This document shows positions 35,736-46,754 of a stretch of DNA of 64,000 nucleotides, in pieces (position 1 is the first letter of the stretch; each line of letters opens with the position of its first letter). Under the pieces are notes generated by a model, which searched no databases, was not told the DNA's origin, and was given only the letters and a program-made list of their open reading frames with translations. Made by a program: the position numbers and the translations under genes. Origin of the DNA: a bacterium (GTDB taxonomy: Bacteria > JACRDZ01 > JAQUKH01); the NCBI GenBank assembly GCA_028719205.1, contig JAQUKH010000007.1, forward strand, positions 6,254-70,253, read 5' to 3'.

Positions 35736-37235
35736 ATGCCTTTTATCCCAAAATTCATTACATACCTTTTTATTTGCTTCATAACATATGTAGGGACAAG
35801 ATTTATTTATCTGACCCTTTCTAATTATATTACCGCGCTCAGAAAACTTTCTAAAAGCAGTATATTGATTTCAGCCGCTATTTCTCTGAAATTATTCATT
35901 ATATTCACGAAAACCGCAATTCCTTACGTATCAGACATATCAGACGCTTTAATATTTTTCACTTATGTTTTCCTGTTTATTCAAATTATCGACCTTTTAG
36001 TTACAGACTTGCTTTCAGCCAAATACCGGGCGATAACAATTCCCCCTCTTCTACACAGTATTATTCTCTGGATCATTTATGTAATAGTTGTTCTGTTTAT
36101 TTTACGGACCTATCTCAATTTAAACATTACACCTCTGCTTGCCACTTCGGCTGTTTTTTCAATGGTTATCGGTTTGGCGTTACAGGACCTGCTGGTAAAC
36201 CTTTTTTCAGGGATCGTCTTAAGCCTGGAAAAACCGTTTGATATCCATGACTGGGTTTCCATAAATAATAATATCGGCAAGGTTTTCGCGATTACGTGGA
36301 GAACAACAAAGATCAGGCTGCGCAGTAATGACCTCGTTATTATCCCGAATGCCATAGTGACAAAACAGGAAATAATAAACTTCTCAGTACCTACAAAGGC
36401 CCATGAAAGAAAAATAGATATCGGCCTTAGCTACTCCACCCCCCCCAACGAAGCTAAACAAATTATCTTTAAAGCTATAAAAGAAACTAACGGGATATTG
36501 GAAAATCCTGCCGCAAGGGTAACAATTTCCGGATACAAAGATTTCTTTCTGAACTATACGATCAGATTCTGGATCAATGACTATGATGACCTGGTAAGAA
36601 TTGAAGATGATTTGCATACGCATATCTGGTACCTGCTTAAACGAAACAATATAGAAATACCTTTCCCTACAAGAACAAGCTACATCCACTCGATGACTGA
36701 TGAATTAATAAAAGAAAAAAACAACCAGAATGAAATTTTGTCATGGCTGAGACAGGTTGGAATTTTAAAGCCTTTATCTGAAAGTGAACTTACAGAACTC
36801 TCAAAAGGCCTGAATTTTCAGAAATTCGGCACAGGTGAAATTATATTCCATGAAAATGAACAGGGAGATTCTTTTTATATTATCAAAAGCGGGCTGGTTG
36901 AGGTCAGTAAGCAGGTTAAATTCGGCAAATCATCCGTTATTTCCACCCTTGGGCCCGGTAATTATTTCGGCGAAATGTCGCTTCTGACAGGGGAAAAAAG
37001 GAACGCGACAATTAAAGCGCTGGAAGACACGGAACTTATCGCCATTACCCACGGCCCTTTTAAAAAGATCCTGGTAAATAATCCTGATATTGTAGAATCA
37101 CTGAGCAGGATTTTAGAAGAACGGCAAAGCGGCATACTAAAGGAACTGGCAAACAGCCAGACAGGCAATGAAGTGCCTGCGGTTTCCGGTTATGATAAAT
37201 TTATTAAAAAAATTAAAGTTTTCTTTGGAATATAA
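35736..37235 (+). CDS. MscS-family mechanosensitive channel fused to a cyclic-nucleotide-binding domain
   Basis: Multi-TM N-terminus and an MscS core (GLALQDLLVNLFSGIVLSLEKPF). The C-terminal cNMP domain has GEIIFHENEQGDSFYIIKSG and GPGNYFGEMSLLTGEKRNATIKA. I prefer the ATG at 35736 to the TTG at 35706. Confidence 0.8.
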   Translation: MPFIPKFITYLFICFITYVGTRFIYLTLSNYITALRKLSKSSILISAAISLKLFIIFTKTAIPYVSDISDALIFFTYVFLFIQIIDLLVTDLLSAKYRAITIPPLLHSIILWIIYVIVVLFILRTYLNLNITPLLATSAVFSMVIGLALQDLLVNLFSGIVLSLEKPFDIHDWVSINNNIGKVFAITWRTTKIRLRSNDLVIIPNAIVTKQEIINFSVPTKAHERKIDIGLSYSTPPNEAKQIIFKAIKETNGILENPAARVTISGYKDFFLNYTIRFWINDYDDLVRIEDDLHTHIWYLLKRNNIEIPFPTRTSYIHSMTDELIKEKNNQNEILSWLRQVGILKPLSESELTELSKGLNFQKFGTGEIIFHENEQGDSFYIIKSGLVEVSKQVKFGKSSVISTLGPGNYFGEMSLLTGEKRNATIKALEDTELIAITHGPFKKILVNNPDIVESLSRILEERQSGILKELANSQTGNEVPAVSGYDKFIKKIKVFFGI

Positions 37236-37678
37236 TGAGAACAAAGGCAAATATAGTTAACAGGTATATGGCAGGCGCGGTTGATTTCGGGATCGCAGTT
37301 CTTATTTATTTTATATTTACAAAATCATTAAAGATCAATATAATTCTCGCGAATATATTTGTTCTTTTCCGGGATTGCCTGAGCGGAGGGAAAAGCATAG
37401 GTAAAATGATATTTAATCTCAATACTTATAAATTGAAGGATGAGTCCCCTGCTACTTTCAGAGAATCGATTTTACGCAATTTCTTTTTTATTATTCCGAT
37501 AATAAATTATCTGATGATCGCTGTTGAATTATTTTTGATATATTGGGATCCTGACGGATCACGTATAGGAGACAAAATAGCAATGACACAGATCGTGGAT
37601 GACGACACTAAACTTAACAAGGAAATTCAGGAGACGTTCATAGAGATCCCTGAACAAAACGAGAAAAAAGAAATATGA
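37235..37678 (+). CDS. RDD-family membrane protein
   Basis: 147 aa with TM segments and an RD-containing loop (FRDCLSGGKSIGKMIF). It is coupled to its neighbours by overlapping stop and start codons. Confidence 0.55.
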   Translation: MRTKANIVNRYMAGAVDFGIAVLIYFIFTKSLKINIILANIFVLFRDCLSGGKSIGKMIFNLNTYKLKDESPATFRESILRNFFFIIPIINYLMIAVELFLIYWDPDGSRIGDKIAMTQIVDDDTKLNKEIQETFIEIPEQNEKKEI

Positions 37679-38007
37679 ACGAAGAAAATATAACTTCAGA
37701 ACCGGTTTTACAGGTTAAAGAAGAACCTCAGGCAATTCATAATATTGAGAAAAAACAACTTTATCCCATGGGAAAAGGCATGAAGTTCATTTTTTACATG
37801 CTTTCTTTCCTTATTTTTCCCGGAATTGTTTTTGGGGCGGCATTTTACAGCAAAGATGATCCCGAATACCGTAATGTCGGTAAAAATTGTATTTATATCG
37901 CGTTGATCCCTTTACTTTTTTACCTGTTTATTATCTTTATCGCTCTTTTCTCCACCGGACAGGTTGGAGATGTTTTTGGGGACAGCATAAAAGATGTAGC
38001 ATACTAA
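37675..38007 (+). CDS. Small membrane protein (hypothetical)
   Basis: 110 aa with two hydrophobic helices. It overlaps the previous gene by 4 nt. Confidence 0.45.
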   Translation: MNEENITSEPVLQVKEEPQAIHNIEKKQLYPMGKGMKFIFYMLSFLIFPGIVFGAAFYSKDDPEYRNVGKNCIYIALIPLLFYLFIIFIALFSTGQVGDVFGDSIKDVAY

Positions 38008-38008
38008 A

Positions 38009-38758
38009 ATGTATTTACGCACAGACGCGATTGTAATAAGTAAAAGAAATTTTCGTGAAAATGACAGAATAATAACTTTTTACACCCGGACATACGGGAA
38101 ACTGGATGTATTGGTTAAAGGTATCAGAAAAATAGAAAATCGCTTCGGGAGTTCTTTGGAATTGTTTACCTATAACGAGATCCTTTTATGGGAAAAAAGG
38201 AAAGGAGACCTTTTAATACTTACCCAGTGCCAGACTAAAGAGTCTTTTTTTAAGATCCGCTCTGACCTGAAAAAGATCGCGTCGGCCTTTTACATAACTG
38301 ACCTGGCAAGGGAACTTACAAAAGATAAAGACAAAAATATTGATATCTTTAATCTTCTTTTTACGTTCCTTTACCTTCTGGAAAAAGCGAACAAACCGGA
38401 GATAATAATTTCAAGCTTTCAATTGCGGCTGCTTTTTATCCTTGGTTTTGGGCCTGAACTGGACAAATGTGTTAACTGTAAAATTGTAATTTCAAAGAAC
38501 ATCAAATATTTCAGCCTGCAGTTTGGAGGGATTATTTGTAATAATTGCGCGAGATCATCGTCATCGAATATCAGTTTGGACCATAATACGGTAATGATAA
38601 TGAATAAGTTGATCTACGCGCCGTTAAACAGCATAGAGAACGTAATTGTGTCTTTTGTAGCGTTAAAAAAAATAGAGCATTTGTTCTCACTTTATATTTT
38701 TTATCATATGGATAAAAAAATGAAATCAAAAAAAATAATAGAAAAACTTATCAAATGA
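38009..38758 (+). CDS. recO: DNA repair protein RecO
   Basis: 249 aa with an N-terminal OB-fold region ([20 protein letters not shown]) and a C-terminal zinc motif, CVNC...CNNC. Confidence 0.8.
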   Translation: MYLRTDAIVISKRNFRENDRIITFYTRTYGKLDVLVKGIRKIENRFGSSLELFTYNEILLWEKRKGDLLILTQCQTKESFFKIRSDLKKIASAFYITDLARELTKDKDKNIDIFNLLFTFLYLLEKANKPEIIISSFQLRLLFILGFGPELDKCVNCKIVISKNIKYFSLQFGGIICNNCARSSSSNISLDHNTVMIMNKLIYAPLNSIENVIVSFVALKKIEHLFSLYIFYHMDKKMKSKKIIEKLIK

Positions 38759-39639
38759 AAAATAAACTGACTTTCCAGCAATTAATTTTTAAATTACAGA
38801 ATTTTTGGAGTAAACAGGGATGCCTTATTCCTTCTTCCTATGATATTGAAGTCGGCGCGGGCACATTCCACCCTTCAACTTTTTTCAGGGTCCTTGGCCC
38901 GAAACCATGGCGCACAGCGTTTGTTCAGCCTTCAAGAAGGCCTACTGACGGCCGGTACGGCCAGAACCCGAACCGCCTTCAGCATTATTATCAATTCCAG
39001 GTAATTATTAAACCTTCCCCTGCCGATATCCAAAGCCTGTATTTGAAAAGCCTTGAAGAATTAGGGATCAATCCAAAAGAGCACGATATACGCTTTGTTG
39101 AAGATGACTGGGAATCCCCTACTCTGGGCGCATGGGGATTAGGATGGGAGGTATGGCTGGACGGTATGGAAGTAACGCAGTTCACATATTTCCAGCAGGT
39201 CGGAGGTTTTGAGCTTGCTCCTGTTTCCGCTGAGATCACATACGGAACGGAACGGTTATGCATGTTCATTCAGGAGGTTAACTCCGTGTATGATATCGAA
39301 TGGCATAACGGAATAAAATACGGGGATGTTCATTTAAGGACCGAATCTGAATTTTCCGCTTACAACTTTGAACACGCGGATATCGGAATACATTTCAGCC
39401 TTTTTGAAAGTTATAAAAAAGAGGTGCTGAACCTCCTGGAAAAAGACCTGGTTTTCCCGGCTTATGACTTTGTTTTAAAATGCTCCCATATATTTAATGT
39501 TTTAGACGCCCGCCAGGCCATCTCGGTAAGCGAAAGAACGCGATTTATAGGAGAGATCAGAAATCTTGCGAAAAGATGCGCGGAAAAATACATGGAAAAA
39601 TATACCAACAATGTAAGACAGGATGAAAATGGAAAATAA
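38755..39639 (+). CDS. glyQ: Glycine--tRNA ligase alpha subunit
   Basis: [30 protein letters not shown] and [22 protein letters not shown] are highly conserved GlyQ sequences. Confidence 0.95.
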   Translation: MKNKLTFQQLIFKLQNFWSKQGCLIPSSYDIEVGAGTFHPSTFFRVLGPKPWRTAFVQPSRRPTDGRYGQNPNRLQHYYQFQVIIKPSPADIQSLYLKSLEELGINPKEHDIRFVEDDWESPTLGAWGLGWEVWLDGMEVTQFTYFQQVGGFELAPVSAEITYGTERLCMFIQEVNSVYDIEWHNGIKYGDVHLRTESEFSAYNFEHADIGIHFSLFESYKKEVLNLLEKDLVFPAYDFVLKCSHIFNVLDARQAISVSERTRFIGEIRNLAKRCAEKYMEKYTNNVRQDENGK

Positions 39640-41701
39640 TTTATTACTCGAAATCGGCACTGAAGAGATCCCCGCGAAATTATTGCAAAGAGGGATGGAA
39701 TCTTTAAAAACTAAAAGCGCGGATATTTTACTAAATCACAGGATTTCTTATACCAATATTACCGTATATGGAACGCCCCGCAGGCTGATACTTTTAATAA
39801 ACGGGCTTTCCGGCGGACAGGACGATATCTTATCGGAATTACGCGGGCCGGCTAAAAATATAGCGTTTGACCCTTCAGGGAAAATAACCGAGGCGGGACA
39901 AAGGTTTGCCGATAAATGCGGCGTTAAAACAAACAAACTGGTAGTAAAAGATTTTAAAAATAATGATTATGTCTTCGCTATAAAAAAGATAAAAGGCCAG
40001 AAAACTAAAAAGATCCTTCCTGAAATACTGCTGCAAATTATCAGATCTCTGGTATTCCCCAAACAGATGCGATGGGAAGAGACAAACTTCAAATTTGTGC
40101 GCCCTATCCGCTGGATAACCGCCCTGCTTAATGATAAGATCGTAAAAATTTCGCTGGCATCCATAAGTTCTTCACGTCTTTCTTACGGCCACCGGTTAAA
40201 AGGGAATAAACCAGTTTTAATAACAGACGCTTTAAACTATAAAGCGATAATTGAAAAAGAAATGGTCGTAATAGACCCAAAGGAAAGAAAAGATATAATA
40301 ATAAAACAATTGAACGCTCTTACTCAAAACCTGAATGTAAACGCGAAAATTGTTTTTGATGAGGAATTGCTGGATCATGTCACTAACCTGGTTGAATACC
40401 CGAACGCCCTGGTAGGAAGTTTCGATGAAGCTTACCTTCAGCTGCCTTCCCAGGTGTTGATCACAGTAATGAAGGAACAGCAAAAATATTTCGCTCTTGA
40501 AGATAATAATAAAAAACTTTTACCTAATTTTGTTGTTGTGACTAACAGCCTGAAAGAATCCAGGGACACCATCAGACAGGGCAATGAATGGGTATTCAGG
40601 GCAAGGTTATACGACGCTAATTTTTTCTGGAATGAAGACAGAAAAGATCCGTTGGAAAACCGCCTGAACGATTTAAATGGAATAGTTTTTCAGTATAAAT
40701 TAGGCACGATCCTGGATAAGGTTGAACGGATCAAGAAGCTGTCAACTGATATTTCAGGGATCCTGGCGCTTAATCTGCCGGCGGATAAAATATCCAGATC
40801 AGCCGATCTCTGCAAAATAGACCTCCTAACAGAAATGGTAAAGGAATTTCCTACCCTTCAGGGGATCATGGGAAAAGAATACTTTTTAGCTCAAAAGGGA
40901 GATCCCGAAATAGCGGAGGCAATTTATGAACATTACCTGCCGAGGTTTTCAAATGATGCTCTTCCTGAAACCGGGCTTGGCTCTGTTCTTTCGATCTCTG
41001 ACAAAATAGATAATATCGCCTCCTTTTTCCTTTTAGGCAAGATCCCGACAGGTTCTGAAGACCCGTTTGCCTTAAGGCGGCAGGCCAACGGTATACTTCA
41101 CATAATATGGCGTAAAAATTACAATATTTCCTTATCCGCGCTGATCAAAAAAAGTTATACGCTCCTATCGGATAAATTATCAAAAACTAGTATCGAACTG
41201 GACATCATAAATTTCTTTCTGCAGAGATTCAGGAATTTACTGCTCGAAGAAGGCATAAAATATGATTGCATTGACGCTGTGCTTGCCGGCGGTTTTGATA
41301 ATCCGCTTTTAGACAAAAAAAGGGCAAAAACAATGATGGATATTTACGCGGAAAGCGATTTTAAAGAGATCGCGACTTCTTTCTCCCGTGTAACAAATAT
41401 TTTAAAGAATATATCCCCTTCTTTCGATATAAACCAGGAGCTTTTAACTGAAACCGCGGAAATTGAACTTTACCGGAAATTTCTGGCTATTAAGGAAGAT
41501 TTTACAGGACAGATATATAAATATGAATATCATTCAGCTTATAATAAATTGAAGCCGCTCAGGGAACCAATCGATAAGTTTTTTACTGATGTACTTGTAA
41601 TGGATAAAAATAAAGAAATTCAACAAAACAGATTGAATTTGTTGTATAATATTGCTTCAATGTTTTATAAAATAGCCGATTTTTCAAAAATTGTTATATA
41701 A
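39623..41701 (+). CDS. glyS: Glycine--tRNA ligase beta subunit
   Basis: 692 aa directly after glyQ. The N-terminus [12 protein letters not shown] and the motifs YGTPRRL and DPFALRR are present. Confidence 0.9.
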   Translation: MKMENNLLLEIGTEEIPAKLLQRGMESLKTKSADILLNHRISYTNITVYGTPRRLILLINGLSGGQDDILSELRGPAKNIAFDPSGKITEAGQRFADKCGVKTNKLVVKDFKNNDYVFAIKKIKGQKTKKILPEILLQIIRSLVFPKQMRWEETNFKFVRPIRWITALLNDKIVKISLASISSSRLSYGHRLKGNKPVLITDALNYKAIIEKEMVVIDPKERKDIIIKQLNALTQNLNVNAKIVFDEELLDHVTNLVEYPNALVGSFDEAYLQLPSQVLITVMKEQQKYFALEDNNKKLLPNFVVVTNSLKESRDTIRQGNEWVFRARLYDANFFWNEDRKDPLENRLNDLNGIVFQYKLGTILDKVERIKKLSTDISGILALNLPADKISRSADLCKIDLLTEMVKEFPTLQGIMGKEYFLAQKGDPEIAEAIYEHYLPRFSNDALPETGLGSVLSISDKIDNIASFFLLGKIPTGSEDPFALRRQANGILHIIWRKNYNISLSALIKKSYTLLSDKLSKTSIELDIINFFLQRFRNLLLEEGIKYDCIDAVLAGGFDNPLLDKKRAKTMMDIYAESDFKEIATSFSRVTNILKNISPSFDINQELLTETAEIELYRKFLAIKEDFTGQIYKYEYHSAYNKLKPLREPIDKFFTDVLVMDKNKEIQQNRLNLLYNIASMFYKIADFSKIVI

Positions 41702-41731
41702 AAAAAGATAAATAATATAGGGGGTCTTTTT

Positions 41732-44428
41732 ATGGCAAAAAAGTGGGTATATTTTTTTGGTAACGGCAAAGCCGACGGCAATGGAAAAATGAAGGATGTT
41801 CTTGGCGGGAAAGGCGCCGGTTTGGCTGAAATGACAAACAGCGGGGTTCCTGTCCCTCCCGGTTTTACAATATCCACTGAGGCCTGTAATTTCTTTTATG
41901 ATAATAAAAGAAAATTATCAAAAGAAATAATTGAACAGGCTGACAAAAATCTTTTACGCCTTGAAAAAGTAATGAATAAGAAATTAGGCGGCAAAAGTGA
42001 CCCGCTGCTTGTTTCTGTCAGGTCAGGCTCAAAGTTCTCAATGCCCGGAATGATGGACACTGTTCTTAATCTCGGATTAAACGATGATTCTGTAAAAGGC
42101 TTAACTGAAAAGACCGGCAATGAGCGGTTTGCCTATGACGCCTATCGCAGGTTTATCCAAATGTTCGGAAATGTTGTCATGGGAGTTGATAAAGAACATT
42201 TTGAACATCACATGACCGAAATGAAAAATAAAAAAGGGATAAAACTGGATACTGAATTAAATACCGGCGACCTTAAACAGCTTGTTGAAATGTATAAAAA
42301 AGCGTATCAGGAACAAACAGGACAAGTTTTCCCCACAGACCCTAAAAAACAACTGGCAATGACGCGTGACGCGGTTTTTAATTCATGGAATAATCCCCGC
42401 GCGATAACCTACCGGAAAATTCACAATATTGACCATAATCTTGGTACCGCGGTTAACGTCCAGGCGATGGTATTCGGGAATATGGGAAATGATTCAGCTA
42501 CAGGTGTCGGTTTCACAAGAAATCCCTCTACAGGCGAAAAAATGTTTTACGGTGAATATTTAATTAACGCTCAGGGAGAAGATGTCGTCGCCGGCATACG
42601 AACCCCAAACCCGATAGCTCATCTTGAAAAAGATATGCCTGAAGCGTTTAAACAATTAAAGGCTATTACCAGCCGCCTTGAAAAACATTACCGCGATGTT
42701 CAGGATTTTGAATTCACAATTGAAAAAAATACACTATATATGCTGCAGACCAGGAACGGCAAAAGAACAGCCTTTGCCGCGATCAAGGTCGCGGTAGATA
42801 TGGTCAGAGAAAAATTGATCACAAAGGAGGAAGCTGTCCTCAGGGTTGAACCGCAGCAATTGGATCAGATGCTCCACCCTATTTTAGACCCGAAAGCCAA
42901 GATCCAGGTTATAGCTAAAGGCCTTAACGCTTCTCCCGGCGCGGCAAGCGGACAGGTAGTATTCACCGCGGAAGACGCGGTTAATTGGGCAAAGAAAACA
43001 AAGACTCTTCTTGTAAGAATGGAAACTTCTCCTGATGACATACACGGAATGGCTGTATCGGAAGGAATATTAACCAGCCGCGGCGGTGCCACAAGCCACG
43101 CGGTAGTTGTTTCACGCCAAATGGGAAAACCCTGCGTCGCGGGATGCGAAACTATTAAAGTTGATGAGAAAAATAAAATGTTCTCAATAAATTCCACAAC
43201 TGTCAGGGAAGGCGACTGGATCACCATTGACGGCGGTACCGGACGGGTTATTTTAGGAAAGGTTGACACTGTAGAATCTGAGATAATCCAGGTTTTAACC
43301 GGTAAACTGGATGTCAAACAATCAACATTATTTAATGATTATAAGCTTATAATGAGCTGGGCGGACCAGATCCGAAGTTTAAAAGTCCGCGCTAACGCGG
43401 ATATCCCGAGAGACGCGAAAATAGCAAGGGCTCTTGGCGCCGAGGGCATAGGGTTATGCCGTACCGAACATATGTTTTTTGCCGAGGAAAGGCTTCCTAT
43501 TGTGCAGGAAATGATCCTTGCTGATACCGAAGAAGACCGTATAAAGGCATTAGATAAACTTCTCCCGATGCAAAAAGAAGATTTTAAGGGATTATTCAGA
43601 GAAATGGATGGATATCCCGTTACTATAAGGCTTTTGGATCCGCCTTTACATGAATTTTTACCTAAACGTGAAGAGTTAATGGTTGAAATAGCCGTACTCG
43701 AGGCGACAAAAGGCGACATAAACCTGATCTCTCAAAAGAAAAAGCTTCTTGACAGAATTCAGGACCTGCATGAATTTAATCCTATGCTGGGGCTCCGCGG
43801 ATGCCGTCTTGGTATTTATTATCCTGAAATAACCAGAATGCAGGCAAGGGCCATTTTTGAGGCAGCGTGCGAATTAACAAAAGAAGGATATAAGATCGTT
43901 CCTGAAATAATGGTTCCTTTAGTCGGTATTGTAACTGAATTAAAATCACAAAAAGAACTTATTATAGAAACCGCTAAAGAAGTTACAAAAAAATGCGGTA
44001 AAAAACTGACATATTCGATCGGAACAATGATCGAACTGCCCCGCGCCGCGATTACAGCGGATGAGATCGCTGTCGAAGCTGAATTTTTCTCTTTCGGTAC
44101 AAATGACCTTACACAGACAACCTTCGGCTTCAGCCGTGATGATTCAGGTAAATTTCTGAATTATTACCTTGAAAACGGTATTCTTGAAACGAGCCCTTTT
44201 CAGGCGATCGACCAGAAAGGCGTTGGCCAGTTAATGAAGATCGGGGTCGAAAAAGGAAGACGTACAAGGCCCGGTATGAAGATCGGTATTTGCGGAGAAC
44301 ACGGCGGCGAGCCCTCTTCCGTTGAATTCTGCCACCGCACAGGCTTGAGTTATGTCAGTTGCTCTCCTTTCCGTATCCCTATCGCGAGATTAGCGGCGGC
44401 TCACGGAAAGCTCAAAGATAAAAAGTAG
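41732..44428 (+). CDS. ppdK: Pyruvate, phosphate dikinase
   Basis: 898 aa with GGKGAGLAEM, the phospho-His region GGATSHAVVVSRQMGKPCV and the C-terminal PEP/pyruvate domain (FFSFGTNDLTQ, GICGEHGG). Confidence 0.95.
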   Translation: MAKKWVYFFGNGKADGNGKMKDVLGGKGAGLAEMTNSGVPVPPGFTISTEACNFFYDNKRKLSKEIIEQADKNLLRLEKVMNKKLGGKSDPLLVSVRSGSKFSMPGMMDTVLNLGLNDDSVKGLTEKTGNERFAYDAYRRFIQMFGNVVMGVDKEHFEHHMTEMKNKKGIKLDTELNTGDLKQLVEMYKKAYQEQTGQVFPTDPKKQLAMTRDAVFNSWNNPRAITYRKIHNIDHNLGTAVNVQAMVFGNMGNDSATGVGFTRNPSTGEKMFYGEYLINAQGEDVVAGIRTPNPIAHLEKDMPEAFKQLKAITSRLEKHYRDVQDFEFTIEKNTLYMLQTRNGKRTAFAAIKVAVDMVREKLITKEEAVLRVEPQQLDQMLHPILDPKAKIQVIAKGLNASPGAASGQVVFTAEDAVNWAKKTKTLLVRMETSPDDIHGMAVSEGILTSRGGATSHAVVVSRQMGKPCVAGCETIKVDEKNKMFSINSTTVREGDWITIDGGTGRVILGKVDTVESEIIQVLTGKLDVKQSTLFNDYKLIMSWADQIRSLKVRANADIPRDAKIARALGAEGIGLCRTEHMFFAEERLPIVQEMILADTEEDRIKALDKLLPMQKEDFKGLFREMDGYPVTIRLLDPPLHEFLPKREELMVEIAVLEATKGDINLISQKKKLLDRIQDLHEFNPMLGLRGCRLGIYYPEITRMQARAIFEAACELTKEGYKIVPEIMVPLVGIVTELKSQKELIIETAKEVTKKCGKKLTYSIGTMIELPRAAITADEIAVEAEFFSFGTNDLTQTTFGFSRDDSGKFLNYYLENGILETSPFQAIDQKGVGQLMKIGVEKGRRTRPGMKIGICGEHGGEPSSVEFCHRTGLSYVSCSPFRIPIARLAAAHGKLKDKK

Positions 44429-44437
44429 TGTTTATTC

Positions 44438-44476
44438 AAAAAAACCATGCGCCCTACGCGGTGCATGGTTTTTTAT
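44438..44476. terminator. Bidirectional rho-independent terminator between ppdK and the convergent gene
   Basis: AAAAAAA-CCATGC...GCATGG-TTTTTT. A GC-containing stem is flanked by an A-run and a T-run, so it can act on both strands. Confidence 0.65.
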
Positions 44477-45492
44477 TTTTCTTCAATTAAGAGATTTGTA
44501 TCCATCCCCTGTTTTCTCCAGCATAATATATGAACACCGTATTTTTCATTTACTAACTGATATATATTACCATTATAATCAACGTCTACATATTCCCTGG
44601 GTTCAACCATATAACCGGTAAATTTGTCAATTTCCAGGAATATTATGTCTATTTTACACATGGCAGGATCCATTTTGACTATAAAATACTGTATTGGATC
44701 ATATTCGATTATAGGGGATTTGCTGAATAAATAATAAATATTTTTATTTTTATCTACATTAATAAAACCAAGATATTCTGACGAATATCCGGTTTTATAC
44801 TTAATTTCATCGCATGCCGCGCCTATTTTTTTTAAATTATAAAAATAATAAGTGTACAAAGGTTCTATAACTTTATATTTTACCAACGAGTTCTTCGCGC
44901 TAAGATCATATTCCGAAATCGATTTTTCGTCTAGAAGCTCGATATTTGACGTATCTGTTTCATCAAAAGAGATTTTTTTCTTTGTTCCGCTGAAAAGTAT
45001 TTTATTTTTTATTTTCAGATCAGACTTCAGCAGAAAATCACTTATAGCGCGGTTTATTTTTTTGGCCCTGTCTTTGCCTGTTAATATAACATCAACAGAA
45101 TTATCACTTGAATTTAAAATATAAAGGCCATCCTGCTCTTTATCTACTAATATTTTAAATATACCTTCACTGCTTTTATATTTTTCAATTTTTTTGAATT
45201 CTATATTATATTTAACTATTTCCGATGTTACTGAATCTTCAAAATAGATATTGCCTTTTCCATCGACTTTTATTCCTTTAGGTGTAATTCTAATTATTTC
45301 TCCGCCATAACTGTCTTCAACATCCTCTTCTTCTAATTCCACCTCATTTTCGCCATCACCCCATTTTATAAAAACAATTTCTTTTTTGGCATATTCACTG
45401 GCACTATCAGGTACAGTTTCACTTTTTAAAGGCCTGACAAATAAAATGCTAATAGTTATGATAAACAGTAAAACAATTATTTTCCTATCCAT
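44473..45492 (-). CDS. Secreted hypothetical protein
   Basis: 339 aa with a signal peptide (IIVLLFIITISILFVRPLKSE). It has repeated NIY(F/Y/Q) strand-like motifs that may indicate a beta-propeller or NHL-like fold. Confidence 0.45.
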   Translation of the reverse strand: MDRKIIVLLFIITISILFVRPLKSETVPDSASEYAKKEIVFIKWGDGENEVELEEEDVEDSYGGEIIRITPKGIKVDGKGNIYFEDSVTSEIVKYNIEFKKIEKYKSSEGIFKILVDKEQDGLYILNSSDNSVDVILTGKDRAKKINRAISDFLLKSDLKIKNKILFSGTKKKISFDETDTSNIELLDEKSISEYDLSAKNSLVKYKVIEPLYTYYFYNLKKIGAACDEIKYKTGYSSEYLGFINVDKNKNIYYLFSKSPIIEYDPIQYFIVKMDPAMCKIDIIFLEIDKFTGYMVEPREYVDVDYNGNIYQLVNEKYGVHILCWRKQGMDTNLLIEEK

Positions 45493-45523
45493 TTTGCTAT
45501 TCCTTTTTCATCTTAAATTCTTA

Positions 45524-46741
45524 TTATTTTTTATGCCTTAATAAGCTGCCTTCCGGCAGATCTTTAAGCAGGCCTGTTATGCGTATATCATTCGCGTGTG
45601 ATTCCTGTAATTCATTCATTTCAAGGTCATATATTTTTTCTATTTTTTTCACCTGTATATTTTCCCCGGGCGTAAGGACTTCAAGCTGGTCCCCAACCCG
45701 AATTCTATTTCTGCATTCTATCACATATAGATTATCTTTAAAAACATTTTTTACAACCCCGACAAGGTCATATTTCTGAAAATACGCGATATTTTTATCG
45801 GCTTGCATATTGATACTATCCCTTTCAAAATAAAATCCCGCGGTGTATTCCCTATGGCTTATCGTTGAAAGCTCCTTTTCCCATTCATTATTAAAAACAT
45901 AATTTTTTGGATCTTTAAGATATTCATCAATCACGTGCCTGTATGACCTTGTTACCACCGCAAGATAATAAATACCTTTCATCCTGCCCTCGATCTTAAA
46001 TCCGATAATACCCAGATCAATAAATTTCTGGATATGTTTTATCGTGCATAGGTCCTTAGAACTTAAGATATAAGTCTTTTGTCCGTCTTCTTCGATATCA
46101 AAATACTGTCCCGGGCGTTTCTCCTCGCCCAAACTATATTTATAACGGCATGGATGAGCGCAATCCCCTTTATTCGCGTCCCTGCCCGTCAAATAACTGC
46201 TCAACATGCAACGGCCCGAGTATGCCATACACATCGCGCCGTGTATAAATACCTCGAGTTCAATCGACGTGTTCTCTTTGATCTTTTTTATCTCGCCGAA
46301 TTTCAGTTCCCGCGCGAGTATGATCCGGGATACTCCAAGCTTTTCCCAAAACTTCACAGATTCATAATTAAGCGTATTCGACTGAGTGCTTAAATGGATC
46401 TTTATTTCAGGGGCGATTTTTTGAAGGATCGAAAATACCCCGGGATCAGAAACAACTACCCCGTCAATTTTTAGCTTTTTTAATTCAAGGATATAATCCC
46501 TTAAAAGTTCAATATCTTCATTATGCGCGAAACAATTAATGGTAACATAAACCATAACATTTTTTTTACGCGCGTAATCCACGGCGCTCTTTATTTCATC
46601 AATGCCGAAATTATCCGCGCACGCCCTTAAACTGAACCTCTTGTCCCCAAGATAAACCGCGTCCGCGCCGAACTGTATCGCGGTTTTCAATTTTTCCAAA
46701 TTTCCCGCGGGAGCAATTAGCTCGATCCTTTTCATTAACAT
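45524..46741 (-). CDS. Peptidase U32 family protein
   Basis: 405 aa containing the U32 signature EVFIHGAMCMAYSGRCMLSS. Confidence 0.85.
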   Translation of the reverse strand: MLMKRIELIAPAGNLEKLKTAIQFGADAVYLGDKRFSLRACADNFGIDEIKSAVDYARKKNVMVYVTINCFAHNEDIELLRDYILELKKLKIDGVVVSDPGVFSILQKIAPEIKIHLSTQSNTLNYESVKFWEKLGVSRIILARELKFGEIKKIKENTSIELEVFIHGAMCMAYSGRCMLSSYLTGRDANKGDCAHPCRYKYSLGEEKRPGQYFDIEEDGQKTYILSSKDLCTIKHIQKFIDLGIIGFKIEGRMKGIYYLAVVTRSYRHVIDEYLKDPKNYVFNNEWEKELSTISHREYTAGFYFERDSINMQADKNIAYFQKYDLVGVVKNVFKDNLYVIECRNRIRVGDQLEVLTPGENIQVKKIEKIYDLEMNELQESHANDIRITGLLKDLPEGSLLRHKK

Positions 46742-46754
46742 TTCTCCATTGATT

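Noticed and set aside
41896-43719. Minus-strand ORFs within ppdK (41896..42120, 42865..43317, 43339..43719)
   Set aside because: They are antisense to a highly conserved, full-length pyruvate phosphate dikinase gene. The products are Ser/Pro/Ile-rich with no RBS.
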